Positions 62,885 to 64,000 of a stretch of DNA of 64,000 bases are shown here, one piece after another. Below the pieces are notes generated by a model. That model was not told where the DNA came from, did not search any database, and worked only from the letters and a program-made list of their open reading frames with translations. The position numbers and the translations under genes were made by a program. The stretch lies in assembly GCA_963755915.1 (NCBI GenBank), contig CAVWLP010000002.1, forward strand, positions 4,384,001-4,448,000. Reading direction: 5' to 3'. This stretch comes from an uncultured Phycisphaerales bacterium. GTDB taxonomy: Bacteria > Planctomycetota > Phycisphaerae > Tepidisphaerales > Tepidisphaeraceae. Each line of letters begins with the position of its first letter. The stretch's first letter is position 1.

Positions 62885-63094
62885 GAACTTTTTCGGATGC
62901 TACAAAATCCCATTTTAATCCGCCAGTCGCCACCACCGCGCCGCAATTTCCACGACCGAAATGTAACGCCGTCGCGTCGTTACACACTGCGCCAATCTTA
63001 ACCAGGTTTTGCTGGCAAAACGGGATTCGTCCGTTACCATAATTCCTGATTCGCCAAGCTTACGATTGTTGTAGCCACTTTTTTGGGAGGAATC

Positions 63095-64000
63095 GTGGTG
63101 AAGGCCTATCGAGGGGTACCAGCCCGGCGGCGAATTCGTTCGCGCACCGTCCAAGCGTTTGCTGCTATTTCAGCGGCCACCGCATTCGCCTCCTGTCTTT
63201 CCTCCGCTCGGGGCGACACCTACGGAAATATTTACGAGACCGACGGTGGCATCACCGATCTCAATTCCAGCAGTGCATGGACGGACGAAAGCTCTTCAAC
63301 CACGGACTCTCCGCCGCCGGGTGCGTCGGATATCGCGCAGTTCGACAGCAATACGGGGCTGACCTCAACAACCACGTTCGCGCTCGGCGGCGAGACCTCC
63401 TGGCTCGGTGTGTCGGTCCTGAACCCCGGCGCGGCAGTCGTCATCGGAAACGACGGCAACACCCTCACGCTCGGCGCCGGCGGAATTAATCTGGGCAGCG
63501 CTTCTCAAAACCTGACCATCAACGATCCGGTGATCATCAGCGAGCCCCAAACATGGTCAGTCGGCGGCGGCAGTTCCCCAATTCTTGACGTGCCATCCTT
63601 CACCCCCACGCCCGGCACCACCGTCGAATTCAACGGCCCCGCCACAATCAACGGATCCGGAAACGTCCCCGCCACCGGCGAAATCGAAACCTCCGTCGGG
63701 TCAGCCGGCACGATCCTGAGCGCATCAAGCACCTTCGGTGGATTCGCCGGCGAATTCGCCACCGTCGGCCTCTACGATTGGGCCGCTATGGATCCGACCG
63801 ATTCGTTCATCGTCGGCGGCAGCCAGATCTCCCACTTCTATACCGACGCCTCCGGCGCCTATCAAAATTTCACCGGCACACAAAACATCGACATTACCGG
63901 AAATATCACCACCTCCCACCAAATCAGAGTCGCCAGCATCCGTTTCAATACGCCCGCCGCCACTACCATGAGCGATTCAGAAGCCATCGCCACCGGAGGA
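63095..64000 (+). CDS. Large secreted autotransporter-associated beta-strand-repeat-type protein, runs off the window
   Basis: GGAGG SD + GTG; open frame (PGASDIAQFD, TLTLGAGGI, SQNLTIN, QTWSV, SIRFNTPAA) missing from the track because it has no stop. Confidence 0.75.
   Translation, partial: MVKAYRGVPARRRIRSRTVQAFAAISAATAFASCLSSARGDTYGNIYETDGGITDLNSSSAWTDESSSTTDSPPPGASDIAQFDSNTGLTSTTTFALGGETSWLGVSVLNPGAAVVIGNDGNTLTLGAGGINLGSASQNLTINDPVIISEPQTWSVGGGSSPILDVPSFTPTPGTTVEFNGPATINGSGNVPATGEIETSVGSAGTILSASSTFGGFAGEFATVGLYDWAAMDPTDSFIVGGSQISHFYTDASGAYQNFTGTQNIDITGNITTSHQIRVASIRFNTPAATTMSDSEAIATGG

Overview
GC-rich bacterial DNA. The PEP-CTERM proteins, the ECF sigma/Ser-Thr kinase pair and the repeat families suggest Planctomycetota, probably Phycisphaerae-like (inference). 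About 1-8.7 kb and 15.4-25.2 kb are host-like backbone with an extreme + strand C skew: putA, dgkA, MBL and EEP hydrolases, TPR-sulfotransferase, ABC transporter + DUF1854, truncated globin, truD, DoxX. 8.7-15.3 kb is an accessory islet: two inverted copies of one IS4-family element around a REP cluster, a truncated HEPN/DUF4145 gene, an IS3 remnant and a low-GC membrane protein. About 25.6-62.8 kb lacks the skew and ends at the 3' end of a tRNA-Leu(CAA). It carries ECF/STK, a DUF2946-like CxxC/RAPP leader with a TonB receptor-TonB-ExbBD operon, a receiver-less sigma54 activator, seven tandem PEP-CTERM genes, a desaturase, a glycosyltransferase, MdtABC-OMF, a GH2 and DUF3300/DUF2950. Best non-coding signals: (i) a complete promoter/Arg-rich leader peptide/antiterminator/terminator ahead of the ABC-DUF1854 operon; (ii) a two-copy promoter + structured RNA element; (iii) identical IS4 target sites with an inverted spacer; (iv) a triple palindromic enhancer plus a sigma54-like promoter ahead of the PEP-CTERM array; (v) two cases of a duplicated gene 3' end flanking inserted DNA. 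Many CDSs carry single-base frameshifts, most simply explained as long-read errors. All family calls come from motif recognition by eye, not database searches.
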